Origin: an uncultured Candidatus Binatia bacterium
Lineage (GTDB): Bacteria > Desulfobacterota > Binatia > UBA9968 > JAJDTQ01
Reading direction: 5' to 3'
NCBI GenBank assembly: GCA_965213675.1
Contig: OZ243916.1
Coordinates: 768,001 to 832,000, forward strand
Length of the DNA stretch: 64,000 bases
Of the stretch, positions 23,939-33,701 are shown piece by piece (the stretch's first letter is position 1; each line of letters starts with the position of its first letter). The position numbers and the translations under genes are program-made. The notes below the pieces were generated by a model. It ran no database searches. It saw only the letters and a program-made list of their open reading frames with translations, and was not told the origin of the DNA.

Positions 23939-24964
23939 TCACCGGTCGAGGCTGTAGAAGCGCCGGGCGTTGTTGCCCAAAATGTTCTCCTTGGCTTCCC
24001 GCGTCAGGTCGGCCCGCCCCCAGATCAGCGAGCCGGACTCCGGCCAACTCATGTCCCAATGGGGATAGTCCGACGCGTACATGATGGTTTCGGAGCCGAT
24101 CTCCCCCACCACGTAGCCGATGGTCTTTTCGTCGGGTTCGCACCCGTAGAAAACGTTCTTGCTGGTGATGTAATGACTGGGCTCGCGCTTGCACTCCGGG
24201 GCCTCCACCGAGCCGCGCTTCTCCCACTCCTCGTCCATCCGGTCCGACCAGTAAGGGATCCAGCCGCAACCGATCTCCAGAAACCCGAGCTTCAGGTTCG
24301 AAAACTGCTCGGGAACGCCCGCGAAGATCATGGCCGTGAGCTGCCGCAGCACCGGGAACGGATGGCCGGTGGTGTGGATGGAGATGAACTGGTCGAAGAT
24401 TTCGCTGCCCGGCTCGTCGCCGCCAAAGGCATGAATGGCCAGCGGCGTGTCGAGCCTCTGCGCTTCCTCGTAAAGCGGGAAGAACTCGGTCGAGCCGAAG
24501 TTCTTGCTGTGGCCTTGGGCCGCCATCATGCCGCCCACCAGCCCGAGATCCTGAACCGCATGACGCAGCTCCTCAACCGCCGCCGCCGGAGCGTTGACCG
24601 GCAGGTTCGCCACCGCCTTCAAACGCGGCGAGGCCTTGCAGTAGTCGGAGATGAACTCGTTGTAGGCACGGCACAACTGCGTCTGGTAGTTGGGCTCGCG
24701 GATGTGACCGATGCCCAGACCACTGGTGGGGTACATGACCGCGGTGTCGATCTCCTGGGTGTCCATGGCCGCCAGCCGTTCCTCGTGCTTGATGCCCGAG
24801 TGCCCGAGCGTCCCGCCGAGGTTCCGGTCGTAGGGTTCCCGCGGGATGAACGGCGGACGCCGGTTCTGGAAGGCATCTCCCAGAAACGGCTTGACGAGAT
24901 CGTCGTTGTCGCGCGCATGTGCGTCGGCGTCGATCACCTTGAAGGACGGATCGATCTTACCCAT
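23939..24964 (-). CDS. Amidohydrolase family 2 protein
   Basis: IDADAH, RAYNEF, AIH, FLE.GCGWIP, ASDYPHWD. Confidence 0.92.
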   Translation of the reverse strand: MGKIDPSFKVIDADAHARDNDDLVKPFLGDAFQNRRPPFIPREPYDRNLGGTLGHSGIKHEERLAAMDTQEIDTAVMYPTSGLGIGHIREPNYQTQLCRAYNEFISDYCKASPRLKAVANLPVNAPAAAVEELRHAVQDLGLVGGMMAAQGHSKNFGSTEFFPLYEEAQRLDTPLAIHAFGGDEPGSEIFDQFISIHTTGHPFPVLRQLTAMIFAGVPEQFSNLKLGFLEIGCGWIPYWSDRMDEEWEKRGSVEAPECKREPSHYITSKNVFYGCEPDEKTIGYVVGEIGSETIMYASDYPHWDMSWPESGSLIWGRADLTREAKENILGNNARRFYSLDR

Positions 24965-25092
24965 GTTCTTCTCCCTCCCTGAGCGTCCACGATCATATGA
25001 AGCAGACCGCCGGACCTACAGGCGCGCCTTGGCGCCAAGTCATGCAACAGGGCCAAGCTACCACCTTCGGCCCGGAATGCCAATTCTTCCAT

Positions 25093-25285
25093 ATGAAACG
25101 GCAACACGCCGCAAAACTCGTCACCAAAGTCAAGCTCACGCTGACCAAGAAAACCGTAGACGCCCTTGAGCCCGAGGACAAGCCCTGGATCGCCGGGATG
25201 ACAAGCTCACCGGATTCGGTGTGCGCGTCCACCCCTCCGGAGCCAAGTTCGTCGTCGTCAACTACCGTGCCGGCAACGGCGTCTC
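25093..25285 (+). pseudogene. Tyrosine integrase arm-DNA-binding domain relic (P4-like)
   Basis: KLTLTKKTVDALEP.DKPWIA, then after a frameshift DDKLTGFGVRVHPSGAK.VVVNYR; truncated. Confidence 0.8.
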
Positions 25286-25303
25286 GCCAAGCCTTTTTGG
25301 AGG

Positions 25304-28300
25304 TCACCAGTTGAGGGCGACCTTGAAGCGGAGGATGTGTTCGGGTTTTGAGTGAGCGGCGTCCCTTCGGGTGGCGTTTAGGCCGAGTTGGAGATCGTGG
25401 GCGTTGTTGCGGGCCAGGGGGTTGAAGCGCCAGCCCAGGCTGTAGTCGCGGGCGCCGGCGGCGAAGCCGAAGCCTAGATGGGGGCTGGCGGCGAAGCGGC
25501 GGTCGAGGACCGGGAAGCCGTAGGCGGCTTCGGCCAGCCAGCGGCTCTCGGCGGTACCGCCCGCGCCGCCGCGGGTGTCCAGGGGGTCGGGGGCGAACAG
25601 GGCGTCGATGCCGCCTTTGGCCTGTCCGCCCCAGTCCTGACGAAGAGTCAGGGAGGGGCCGAGAGTGGTTGCCGGGTCGGGGTTGTAGGCGAGGGAGGCG
25701 GCAAAGCCCCGGTCCTCCAGATCATCGGACCCGTGGGCCAGCAGGGTGCGGCCCTCGACATCGAGGCGGAGGCCCAGGGCGGGGTCGCTCCAGGCAATGC
25801 CGCCGCCGAGTTCGATGCCCGTGCCGGTCTCGGCATCGCCGCCGTCATGGCGCGCGCCCACTTCGAGCCTGGGCGTCAGATGGCCGTTTTGGTCCAGGGC
25901 GATCTTCCAGCTTCCCTCCAGACCGAGCCTGAGCCGGGTCACATCGGAGTCCGAGGCCGCGAGGTCCCGGGTCTTCTCCGAAGAGGTCCGCGCCCAGAGC
26001 GCGTCCGACTCAAGCGCCAGCGCCGGCCCGGAGCGTTGCTTCTGCGGGGACCACAGGTTCCCACGGAAGCCCAACGCCGCCATGGTCCAGGAAACGTCCG
26101 ACTTGAACACGCCGCCGACCTCCGGCTTGAGGGTCACCGCGCCGGCGCCGTAGCCTGCCGCGCCCCAGAGCTTCAGCCGCTCGGTGGCCTGGAAAGAGGC
26201 GTAGGGTATGGCCGCGGTCAGCGATGCGTCGAGGCTGCCGTCGCCCTCGCGCACGGCGCCTTCGCACAGAACCTTCCTGGCATCGTCGCTCATGTGGTCC
26301 GCGCCGGCTTCGGCGCAGGGTTCAGGGGCCGTGTCCGTGTCCGCATAGGCGCCCTCCCCCTCGCTGTGGGTGAGGGCGAGGCCGGCCATCCAGCGGTTCC
26401 GGGCGTAGTCCGCCCCGAGCATGCCGGTGGTGGTGTCGCCGTCAAGGGAGAAGGTCCCTTCCCTGCCGTCGAAGTGCGCCTGCGCGGCCTGGCCCCAGAA
26501 GGTCAGGCTGCCGCCTTTGGCGTCCTTGCCGCCGGTGGCGGTGAAGCGGCTCTGGAGCATGAGTTCCCGCAAGCTCAGGGCTCTCCATGCCGAAGCGGTC
26601 CCTGGCTCGGCGCCGTCCTGGACGCCACCCGTAAGGCCCTTGGCCCGGGCTCCGGGCGCGGCGTGGTCATGGGCCGCGGTCTGCCATCCCGGGCCGGACC
26701 CGGTTTCCTGGGAAGCGGTGCTGCCGTCCGGCAGCGCCTGTCCCGCCAGGGTGCCCTGCACGCCCGCCTCCCGCGGCGCCCTCATCCGGCTCGCGATGCC
26801 GTCCAGCGCCTGCTGGGCCACCGTGCGGCCGAACCGGCTCAGCCACGCCTTGGGCATCGGGTCGTTGTTGACGATGGTGCCCACCGCAACCCCGTCGCCG
26901 ATGGCCGTGCCCCCCGTCGGGTTCGACAGCGCCACCTCGAAGGTCTCCGGGTCCTCGTCGTGATTGTCGTTGTAGACGTAGACCCACATCCGCTTCTCGG
27001 TCTGGCCCGGATGGAAGGTGAGCGCGATGCCGTTCGGCCACCACCAGAACCAGTCCTCGCCCTGCCGGGCCGAGACCGGGCTCGCCTCGCGCGCCGTGAA
27101 GGTCACCTTCACCGTCTGCTGCACGGCCCGGTCGAGCCGCACCGTGAAATACATCAGCCCGACATCCTCGTTGGCGGTCTCGTCGCCCACCGAGAAGGTC
27201 GGAGCCGTCGCCGCCGCATCGTCGTCGGTCACCTTCACCGAGGCCGCATTGTCCGGCGCCGCCGCCACCGTGTAGCGCAGCCCCTTCTCGCCGTCCCCGG
27301 CAAGGGTCGCGGTCACCGTCCCGCCGGGCTCGTCCGCCGTGTCGTTCACCGTCGGCACCGTAAAGGTGGCCTCTGTCTCGCCCTTCGGCATGGTCGCCGT
27401 GGCGGTCCCCTCATGCTCGGCCGCCACGAAGTCGCTGCCGTCGGCCTCCGAGACCGTGAGCCTGACCGTCAGGTCCGCGCCGGGCGCCCGGCTCGCCGTC
27501 AGGGTGAAGCTGGCGTCCGCGCCCTCCGCCACGGTCCCGGTCTTCGCCGCGATGGCGATCTCCGGCGGCGGCTCCAGGATGGCGAAGCCGGCCGCGCCCG
27601 AGGCCGCCGCCCCGCCGCCGAGGCCGGTGGCGACCGGCGTGCCCGGCTTTACCGTCACCGTCTCCCGCTCGCCCTCGGCCACGCTGTCCGCCACCGTCGC
27701 CAGCACCAGCGTCGCCGCTGTCGCCGACTTGCGCCCCGCGGCGCCGGCGAAGGTCACCGCCGGCGGGTTCTTCGGATCGGTACCGCCAAGGTGGGTATAG
27801 GTCACGCCCGCGGGCGCCGTCTCCGGCGCGGCCAGCGTGTAGTCGGTGCCGAGCGTGGCCGTGCCGGCAAACGCCAGCGGCACCGACAGGCTCTCGCCCT
27901 CCACCAGCGCCCGCCCGAGCGTCAGCGTCAGCGTCTTGGAGCCCGACGCCTCGGGCAGGTCGCCATCCGGCGCCGTCAGCACTACCGCGGTGGCATCGTC
28001 GTCCTCCACCGCCACGCTTGCGCTCTTGCCCTGGTCGTCCACCGTATAGCCGGGGCCGTCGCTCACCGTCGCCGTGACGGCGCCTGCCGGCTCGTCGGTC
28101 TCGTCGGCCAGCGTCGCCACCGTGAAGGCCGTCTCGGCCTGCCCGGCCGGGATCGTCACAATGCGTTCGCCCAGCGCCGAAGCGTCGGCAATGGCGCCGG
28201 TCTGCGCCACCGCCACCGTCACCGCGAGCTCTTCCGCCGGCGCCGGATCGGCCTTGAGCGTGAAGCCCGCCGCCGTGCCTTCCGTCACCCCCGCTCCCGC

Positions 28301-31297
28301 GGTTACGGTGATCGCGGGAACCGCCTGTTGCGCCTCTGCCTGTACCTCCGCCTGCGCCGGCTCCTTCTCCAGGCATTCCAGCGCCGGCGCCACCGGCGCC
28401 CAGCGCTGAAGGCCGCGGTCCGCCTGCGCCTGCGCCTCGGCGATGGTCATCGGGTTGTTGCTCCAGGCGTTGCTCTCCCCGAAGGCGGCCAGCACCCGGC
28501 TCCAGCGCTCGACATGGCCCGGCGAAGTCCGCCAGGTCTCGCCCGCAGCCTTCCGGGCGTCGGCCAGCAGGGCGTCGGAGACGCAGGCCGGCGCCTGGCT
28601 GTCGGTGCTCTGCGCGCTGGCGCTCAGCGCGTCGCTGCCCGGCCCTACCGCCAGGGTTGCCGTGCCGGCGAGGCTGTCCAATTGCTGCGTGTCGCCGTTC
28701 TTGTCGACATATTCCGGCGTGACCGTGACCGTCAGCGTCATCGGCACCGAGGCGCCGTGGTCGATGGTGGTCGTGGTGCCTGTCACGCCGGGCAAGTCAC
28801 CGGCGGAAGCATTCAGCGAGTCGCCGCTCTCGGCACTCCACGACACGTCATAGGAGGTGGCATGCTCCACCGCGTCCCAGGTGACGCTGGCGCTGGCGTC
28901 GTCCACCGCCGTCACCTGCAGGTTGGCCACCGCCTCGGTGGGCGCCGGGGCGGCCGTCGCGGGTGCCGCTTGCGTGTTGCCGGTCAGGTTGCGGCATTGG
29001 GTGTTGTAACCGCTTGACCCCCGTCTGTTGCGCGACGGGTTCCTTACATGGGCGCGGATCGTATCGACCGTGACCTTGCGCACGCCGCCGCCTGTGGCGG
29101 TGTGGGTGATGTCGGCGCAGGTGTCGTCGATGTTCCGCGAGGCGTCCTTGCGGACCACATAAATCATGCGCCAGCACTCCCAGGGCGTGTCCGCCGTGCC
29201 GTCGTAGCTCTCGCTCGGCTGCCGGCCCGACACTGTCCGCGTGTTGCCGTGGCTGTCGAAGTATTGATGCGCTTGATGGCCGAACCAGTTGCTGCAGCCC
29301 GTGCCTGCGCCGGGACTGCGGTCCTTGAACTCCACCGTCACCGTGTCTTGCGCCGTGCCGCCCTCGGTCAGCGACAGGCCGACGAGGTTCCGCTTGTCCG
29401 AAGGCACCGTCGCCATCACGGTCACCGTGCCGCCCGGCTCCGGGCGGTTCGACAGGCGCACGGCATAATTAATTCTGTCGCCGGGCGCCGCGTTCTGCCA
29501 CGGCGTCAGCCCGGGCGTTGACGTTATCGTATGCGGTCGCCGGATCCGCGCGCCGCCCGCGCCGCCCTTGATGTACCAAAACGCCTCGACCTCGGGCGCG
29601 TCGTCCACCGCTACCCGGACATTGCCCAGGTTCTGGCTGGAATAGCCGCCGCCGTTGGCCGTGTGCGTCAGCCTCATATCTGGCCGGTTGCGATGCGTAT
29701 TGAGCTCGTCCACGCCGGTCACCGTCACCGGCTGGGGCGTCTGATAGTTCGATGACGTGAATGTGAGCGTTCCCGGGCTGAAGTTCGCCGCCCATCTGTT
29801 CCCGCCGTCCCTGCCGATGGTGACGGTGGTGTTGCCGCCGGAGGGGGCGGTCGTCAGTCGTACGCAATAGGTCGTTTCGCCGGTCTCGAGGATGCGAAGG
29901 CTGGTTTCGCTGAAGACGGTGTTCTGGGCAGGGCATGCCGGCGTCGCGGCCTCGTCGTCCGCCAGCGTCAGGGTCGCCATGTAATCTGACGCATGCCGCT
30001 GCGCGCCGCCGCTCACCGTCGTGCCGATGCCGGTGGCGCCGAGCACGCTGTTGGTCGCCAGTGTCGCGGTGATGGTCTCGTGGGCCATGTTCCCGTCGTC
30101 GCGGCTCGCTACCGGGGTCAGTGTCACCGTCGCCGTCTGCACGGTGCGTTCGTCGTCGCCGGTGAAGGTCAGCCGCGGGTTGGCCGTCTCTTCGTTCGCG
30201 CTTGTCACGCCGCTTTGCCCGGACGCAGCCGCGGCCGCGACCGTGAAGTCGTGGTTGGCGGTGCCGCTGTTCGTGCTCCCCGGCAGCCGCGCCCCGGTGC
30301 TCGACGCCAGCGTCAACGGCACGACGATGACCTCGCCGGCATACAACTGGCGAGACAGCGAAACCGTCAGCACCGCCGTGTCCGAGGCGTCGCCCTCGGT
30401 CATGGTCATGTCAGAACTCGTGAGCGAGACCGTGGTCGCCTCGTCATCCTGTATGAGCAGCTTGTCGGAGGCGTCGCTGGACGAGACCGTGTAGCTGTCA
30501 CTGGCCTCAGAGCAGCCCACGGTGTTCGGCGCCACCGCCTCGACGGTGACGCTGCTGTCCAGATCGTCGGTGGCGGTGTTGGTCCAGGTGAGGGTATGGA
30601 TGCCCGAGCCGTTGGTGACGCTGCTCGGCATGGTCACCGTATGGATGCCCTCGTTGCCCGAGGCCACCCGGTCGCCGCCGCTCTCGGTCACCCGCACGCA
30701 CACCGTCAGGTCGCTCGTCAGCGGCCGGTCGGCGGCAAGGCTGAACCCGATGCCGACCCCGCCATCGCTCTCCGCGACCTTCTTCTCGCCCGCATCCGAG
30801 CGGTTCTCGCCCTCGCTGATCGGCAGCGACACCGAGATCACCGGGGCGTTGGCATTTGCCGGTGTTGCCGACATCTCGTCCGAGAACGCGCCTCCCAGAC
30901 TGCCTTGGGCGTTGATCGCCAGCGTATGCACCTGGAAGGTGTAGGTGGTGCCGTTGGTGAGGCCGGTGACCGTGTGGCTGGTGGTGCTGCGGTCGGCGCC
31001 GCTGATTGTCATGAAGGAGCCGTAGCTGCCCGACCCCGCCTTCTGCCGATACTGCAACCGGGTGAAAGATGAGCTGAAAGCGTTCCATGACAGGATGACC
31101 TCACCGTCACCCGCCGTGGCTGTGAAACCCGTGGTCGCCGACGGGGCGGGGGGAGGATTGGTGGCGTCGTCATCCTGGATCGTATAGGTCACCACAGAGG
31201 TGCCGAGGGTCACGCCGGCGGGCGGGGTGCCATTGAAGGACAGCGTTACGACCACTGTCTCATGGAATTCGATGGTGGTGTCGCCCCGTATGCGCAT
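25304..31297 (-). CDS. Giant autotransporter/adhesin, C-terminal part (FN3, Calx-beta repeats, beta-barrel)
   Basis: FN3 (GLTNGTTYTFQV), Calx-beta repeats, PKAWLSRFGRTVA linker, RHDGGDAETG, terminal W; continues the upstream ORF across a frameshift. Confidence 0.88.
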   Translation of the reverse strand: MRIRGDTTIEFHETVVVTLSFNGTPPAGVTLGTSVVTYTIQDDDATNPPPAPSATTGFTATAGDGEVILSWNAFSSSFTRLQYRQKAGSGSYGSFMTISGADRSTTSHTVTGLTNGTTYTFQVHTLAINAQGSLGGAFSDEMSATPANANAPVISVSLPISEGENRSDAGEKKVAESDGGVGIGFSLAADRPLTSDLTVCVRVTESGGDRVASGNEGIHTVTMPSSVTNGSGIHTLTWTNTATDDLDSSVTVEAVAPNTVGCSEASDSYTVSSSDASDKLLIQDDEATTVSLTSSDMTMTEGDASDTAVLTVSLSRQLYAGEVIVVPLTLASSTGARLPGSTNSGTANHDFTVAAAAASGQSGVTSANEETANPRLTFTGDDERTVQTATVTLTPVASRDDGNMAHETITATLATNSVLGATGIGTTVSGGAQRHASDYMATLTLADDEAATPACPAQNTVFSETSLRILETGETTYCVRLTTAPSGGNTTVTIGRDGGNRWAANFSPGTLTFTSSNYQTPQPVTVTGVDELNTHRNRPDMRLTHTANGGGYSSQNLGNVRVAVDDAPEVEAFWYIKGGAGGARIRRPHTITSTPGLTPWQNAAPGDRINYAVRLSNRPEPGGTVTVMATVPSDKRNLVGLSLTEGGTAQDTVTVEFKDRSPGAGTGCSNWFGHQAHQYFDSHGNTRTVSGRQPSESYDGTADTPWECWRMIYVVRKDASRNIDDTCADITHTATGGGVRKVTVDTIRAHVRNPSRNRRGSSGYNTQCRNLTGNTQAAPATAAPAPTEAVANLQVTAVDDASASVTWDAVEHATSYDVSWSAESGDSLNASAGDLPGVTGTTTTIDHGASVPMTLTVTVTPEYVDKNGDTQQLDSLAGTATLAVGPGSDALSASAQSTDSQAPACVSDALLADARKAAGETWRTSPGHVERWSRVLAAFGESNAWSNNPMTIAEAQAQADRGLQRWAPVAPALECLEKEPAQAEVQAEAQQAVPAITVTAGAGVTEGTAAGFTLKADPAPAEELAVTVAVAQTGAIADASALGERIVTIPAGQAETAFTVATLADETDEPAGAVTATVSDGPGYTVDDQGKSASVAVEDDDATAVVLTAPDGDLPEASGSKTLTLTLGRALVEGESLSVPLAFAGTATLGTDYTLAAPETAPAGVTYTHLGGTDPKNPPAVTFAGAAGRKSATAATLVLATVADSVAEGERETVTVKPGTPVATGLGGGAAASGAAGFAILEPPPEIAIAAKTGTVAEGADASFTLTASRAPGADLTVRLTVSEADGSDFVAAEHEGTATATMPKGETEATFTVPTVNDTADEPGGTVTATLAGDGEKGLRYTVAAAPDNAASVKVTDDDAAATAPTFSVGDETANEDVGLMYFTVRLDRAVQQTVKVTFTAREASPVSARQGEDWFWWWPNGIALTFHPGQTEKRMWVYVYNDNHDEDPETFEVALSNPTGGTAIGDGVAVGTIVNNDPMPKAWLSRFGRTVAQQALDGIASRMRAPREAGVQGTLAGQALPDGSTASQETGSGPGWQTAAHDHAAPGARAKGLTGGVQDGAEPGTASAWRALSLRELMLQSRFTATGGKDAKGGSLTFWGQAAQAHFDGREGTFSLDGDTTTGMLGADYARNRWMAGLALTHSEGEGAYADTDTAPEPCAEAGADHMSDDARKVLCEGAVREGDGSLDASLTAAIPYASFQATERLKLWGAAGYGAGAVTLKPEVGGVFKSDVSWTMAALGFRGNLWSPQKQRSGPALALESDALWARTSSEKTRDLAASDSDVTRLRLGLEGSWKIALDQNGHLTPRLEVGARHDGGDAETGTGIELGGGIAWSDPALGLRLDVEGRTLLAHGSDDLEDRGFAASLAYNPDPATTLGPSLTLRQDWGGQAKGGIDALFAPDPLDTRGGAGGTAESRWLAEAAYGFPVLDRRFAASPHLGFGFAAGARDYSLGWRFNPLARNNAHDLQLGLNATRRDAAHSKPEHILRFKVALNW

Positions 31298-31304
31298 GCC
31301 GATG

Positions 31305-32843
31305 TTACTGTTTGTAGTGATCTCCGGCTGTCACGCCGATGTTTTGGCAAGCGTTGGTGGAGGTTAAGGCGCCATTAAGCCTCACGTAGTCGTCGGATGT
31401 GCCCAGGGTCGCGGTTCCTGAATAGCAGACCCGCAACGGGACAGCCGCCGAAGCGGCCGACGACAGGGTTATCGTGAAGTACTTGTCGGTCGTGGAGGCA
31501 TTGCCCTCGTTGGCATCGGCGGGGGCGCTGATGGATACCAGCACCGACACCACCTCGATGTCGAAGGTATCGCTGACCGTGCCGCTTCTGCCGTCATCCG
31601 CCTGCACCTTCACCGAGAGTGTGCCGATATTGCCCGAGGCGGGCGTGCCCGAGAAGGTGCGGGTGTTCGCATCAAAGGCCAGCCAGCCCGGCAGGGCGGT
31701 GTCGTCGGATTTGGTCGCGGTGTAGGTCAGGCTGTCGCCATCGGGATCGCTGAACGTGCCCGCCGGGAAGGTGTAGCTGAAGGCGGCGCCCGCCCCCGCC
31801 GCCTGGTCGGGGATGGCGTTGTCCAGCATGGGGGCGTTGTTTTCCAGGCAACTAAGCGCGGTGTAGACCGGGTTCCAGCCGGTCCAGGTGTCGCCCCGAC
31901 CGCTGAGAAAGGAGCGCAGTTCAGCCTCTGTAATCGGAGTCGTTGGCGCGTTGCCCGAGAGGTTGTTGCCGCTCCACGCCGGAAGGGTGCCGCCTAGCGC
32001 GATCAGTACCCGGTAGGCCGCCGTCGCAGTCGGCTCATTCCCGCCGCCGTTGTCCCGGTGAAAGTTGTAGGCGGCCGTCGCTTGCGTTGTAGCGTCCGCG
32101 ACGTTGCAACTCGTTTGCGCGTACGCCTCGTTCGGGGCGGCAAGGCCAAGGAGCAGCGGCAGGCAGAGCAGGGCCGAGAACAGGCCGCGCCGCAGATTGC
32201 GGGCGGCAGGATGGGAACCGGCAACGGCGCGGGCGGGAGAAGGATCGAAGCTGTCGGAAGAAGAAGCAGGCCGGCGGGTATCGGTGTGCCCGCCATCGGA
32301 GAGGGAAGGCTCAGGACGGGAGGAAGAGCGCCTTAGGCGGCGCCACCACGAAGACGCGCGATCCGGCGATCCGGCGATCCGGCGATCCGGCGATCCGGCG
32401 ATCCGGCGATCCGGCGATCCGGCGATCCGGCGATCCGGCGATCCGGCGATCCGGCGATCCGGCGATCCGGCGATCCGGCGATCCGGCGATCCGGCGATCC
32501 GGCGATCCGGCGATCCGGCGATCCGGCGATCCGGCGATCCGGCGATCCGGCGATCCGGCGATCCGGCGATCCGGCGATCCGGCGATCCGGCGATCCGGCG
32601 ATCCGGCGATCCGGCGATCCGGCGATCCGGCGATCCGGCGATCCGGCGATCCGGCGATCCGGCGATCCGGCGATCCGGCGATCCGGCGATCCGGCGATCC
32701 GGCGATCCGGCGATCCGGCGATTATGGGTTGACTCAGGCCTTGTCAAGTCCTGAGCCAAACTATTTTCCGCGCGCCCCGCTATCTCCCCATGCCTCCTGC
32801 CCAACGCCCGGATCCCATCTCGTCCTTCGTTCACCATGACCAT
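31305..32843 (-). CDS. Giant autotransporter, N-terminal part (repeat tract, signal peptide, cadherin-like domain)
   Basis: (RRIAGSPD)15, LLCLPLLLGLAAPNEAYA-Q signal peptide, DPDGDSLTY...LPGWL.FD...TFSGTP; start uncertain. Confidence 0.75.
   Translation of the reverse strand: MVMVNEGRDGIRALGRRHGEIAGRAENSLAQDLTRPESTHNRRIAGSPDRRIAGSPDRRIAGSPDRRIAGSPDRRIAGSPDRRIAGSPDRRIAGSPDRRIAGSPDRRIAGSPDRRIAGSPDRRIAGSPDRRIAGSPDRRIAGSPDRRIAGSPDRRIAGSPDRASSWWRRLRRSSSRPEPSLSDGGHTDTRRPASSSDSFDPSPARAVAGSHPAARNLRRGLFSALLCLPLLLGLAAPNEAYAQTSCNVADATTQATAAYNFHRDNGGGNEPTATAAYRVLIALGGTLPAWSGNNLSGNAPTTPITEAELRSFLSGRGDTWTGWNPVYTALSCLENNAPMLDNAIPDQAAGAGAAFSYTFPAGTFSDPDGDSLTYTATKSDDTALPGWLAFDANTRTFSGTPASGNIGTLSVKVQADDGRSGTVSDTFDIEVVSVLVSISAPADANEGNASTTDKYFTITLSSAASAAVPLRVCYSGTATLGTSDDYVRLNGALTSTNACQNIGVTAGDHYKQ
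32360..32719. repeat. Simple sequence repeat (GATCCGGC)45
   Basis: 45 perfect 8-bp units (360 bp). Confidence 0.98.
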
Positions 32844-33087
32844 CGCATCGCCTCCGAAGCTGTTGCCCGACCCGCTGGCCCGCGCTGCCCATACCTCTGC
32901 CGGTCATTGCCTGTCGCGTTTGGCGTACATTACGCCGAGTCCGGTGGAAATTCAATACGCGCGTGTTTGCATCCTCGCGACGACGGCAAGCCGGTATCGA
33001 CCGCTACGGAACCGCCGGCCGCAGCGCCGCCAGCCGTGGCTACAGGGTGTTGCGGCCCACCGCGTCGCCGGCGGCCGCGGCGTCCCG

Positions 33088-33324
33088 TTACACCCGCCTC
33101 ACTGCCCATACAACCTTGCCGAGGATGTGCGCGTCCTGGACGAGACACGAATACGGAGCATAGTCCGGGTTGGCGAAGATGAGCCTGAGGCGGGGCGGCT
33201 CGTTCCCGTCGTCGTCGGCGCCATGCAGGACCTCGACGTGTTTGGCGATGAGGCAGGCCGGACGGGCGGTCGAAGAAGGGCTGTGTGGGGCGATTCTCGA
33301 CAAGTCGGTTCCGGCAAGGTTCAT
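33088..33324 (-). pseudogene. C-terminal fragment of an S24 peptidase / CI-like repressor
   Basis: LIAKHVE...LRLIFANPDYAPY.C...AHILGKVVWAVRRV; no HTH or catalytic Ser region. Confidence 0.7.
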
Positions 33325-33701
33325 TCGGGCGGCCTGTTTTTGAGCGTATTCTGAAGCTTGCGGGCTTCGTCGACCAGGCGTTTGAGTCGCCCGCGGTCTC
33401 CATTGTCGATCATGTCGCCGCGTATTTTGGTTGCCATGATGTAAGTGTAACGAAAGGTGCGCATGATCAGTGGCACGAGATGGGCGGGCAGAGAGACGGG
33501 GGCGGCGTTTTCGCGGTTCCGGACGAGCGCGAGAATCTTCTTCCGTACGAACTCGGCGGGGGTGATGCCGTGGGATTGCGCGGCTTCCCGCACCTTCTTC
33601 CATTCGGAGTCGGAGAAGCGGACGCCGCGGTTCTTGCGTGCGGCATCGTGTTGCTGATCCCGGGCGTCGCCGGTTTCGGGGTCGGGGTGGTTGGCGGTCA
33701 T
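33321..33701 (-). CDS. Ribbon-helix-helix (MobC/CopG-like) protein
   Basis: RGVRFSDSEWKKVREAAQSHGITPAEFVR. Confidence 0.75.
   Translation of the reverse strand: MTANHPDPETGDARDQQHDAARKNRGVRFSDSEWKKVREAAQSHGITPAEFVRKKILALVRNRENAAPVSLPAHLVPLIMRTFRYTYIMATKIRGDMIDNGDRGRLKRLVDEARKLQNTLKNRPPE

Noticed and set aside
32360-32719. Possible CRISPR array
   Set aside because: It is a pure 8-bp tandem repeat with no spacers, and no cas genes are nearby.
32104-32754. + strand ORF with (RRSGDPAI)n repeats
   Set aside because: It is an antisense reading of the SSR, which has no stop codons in any frame.
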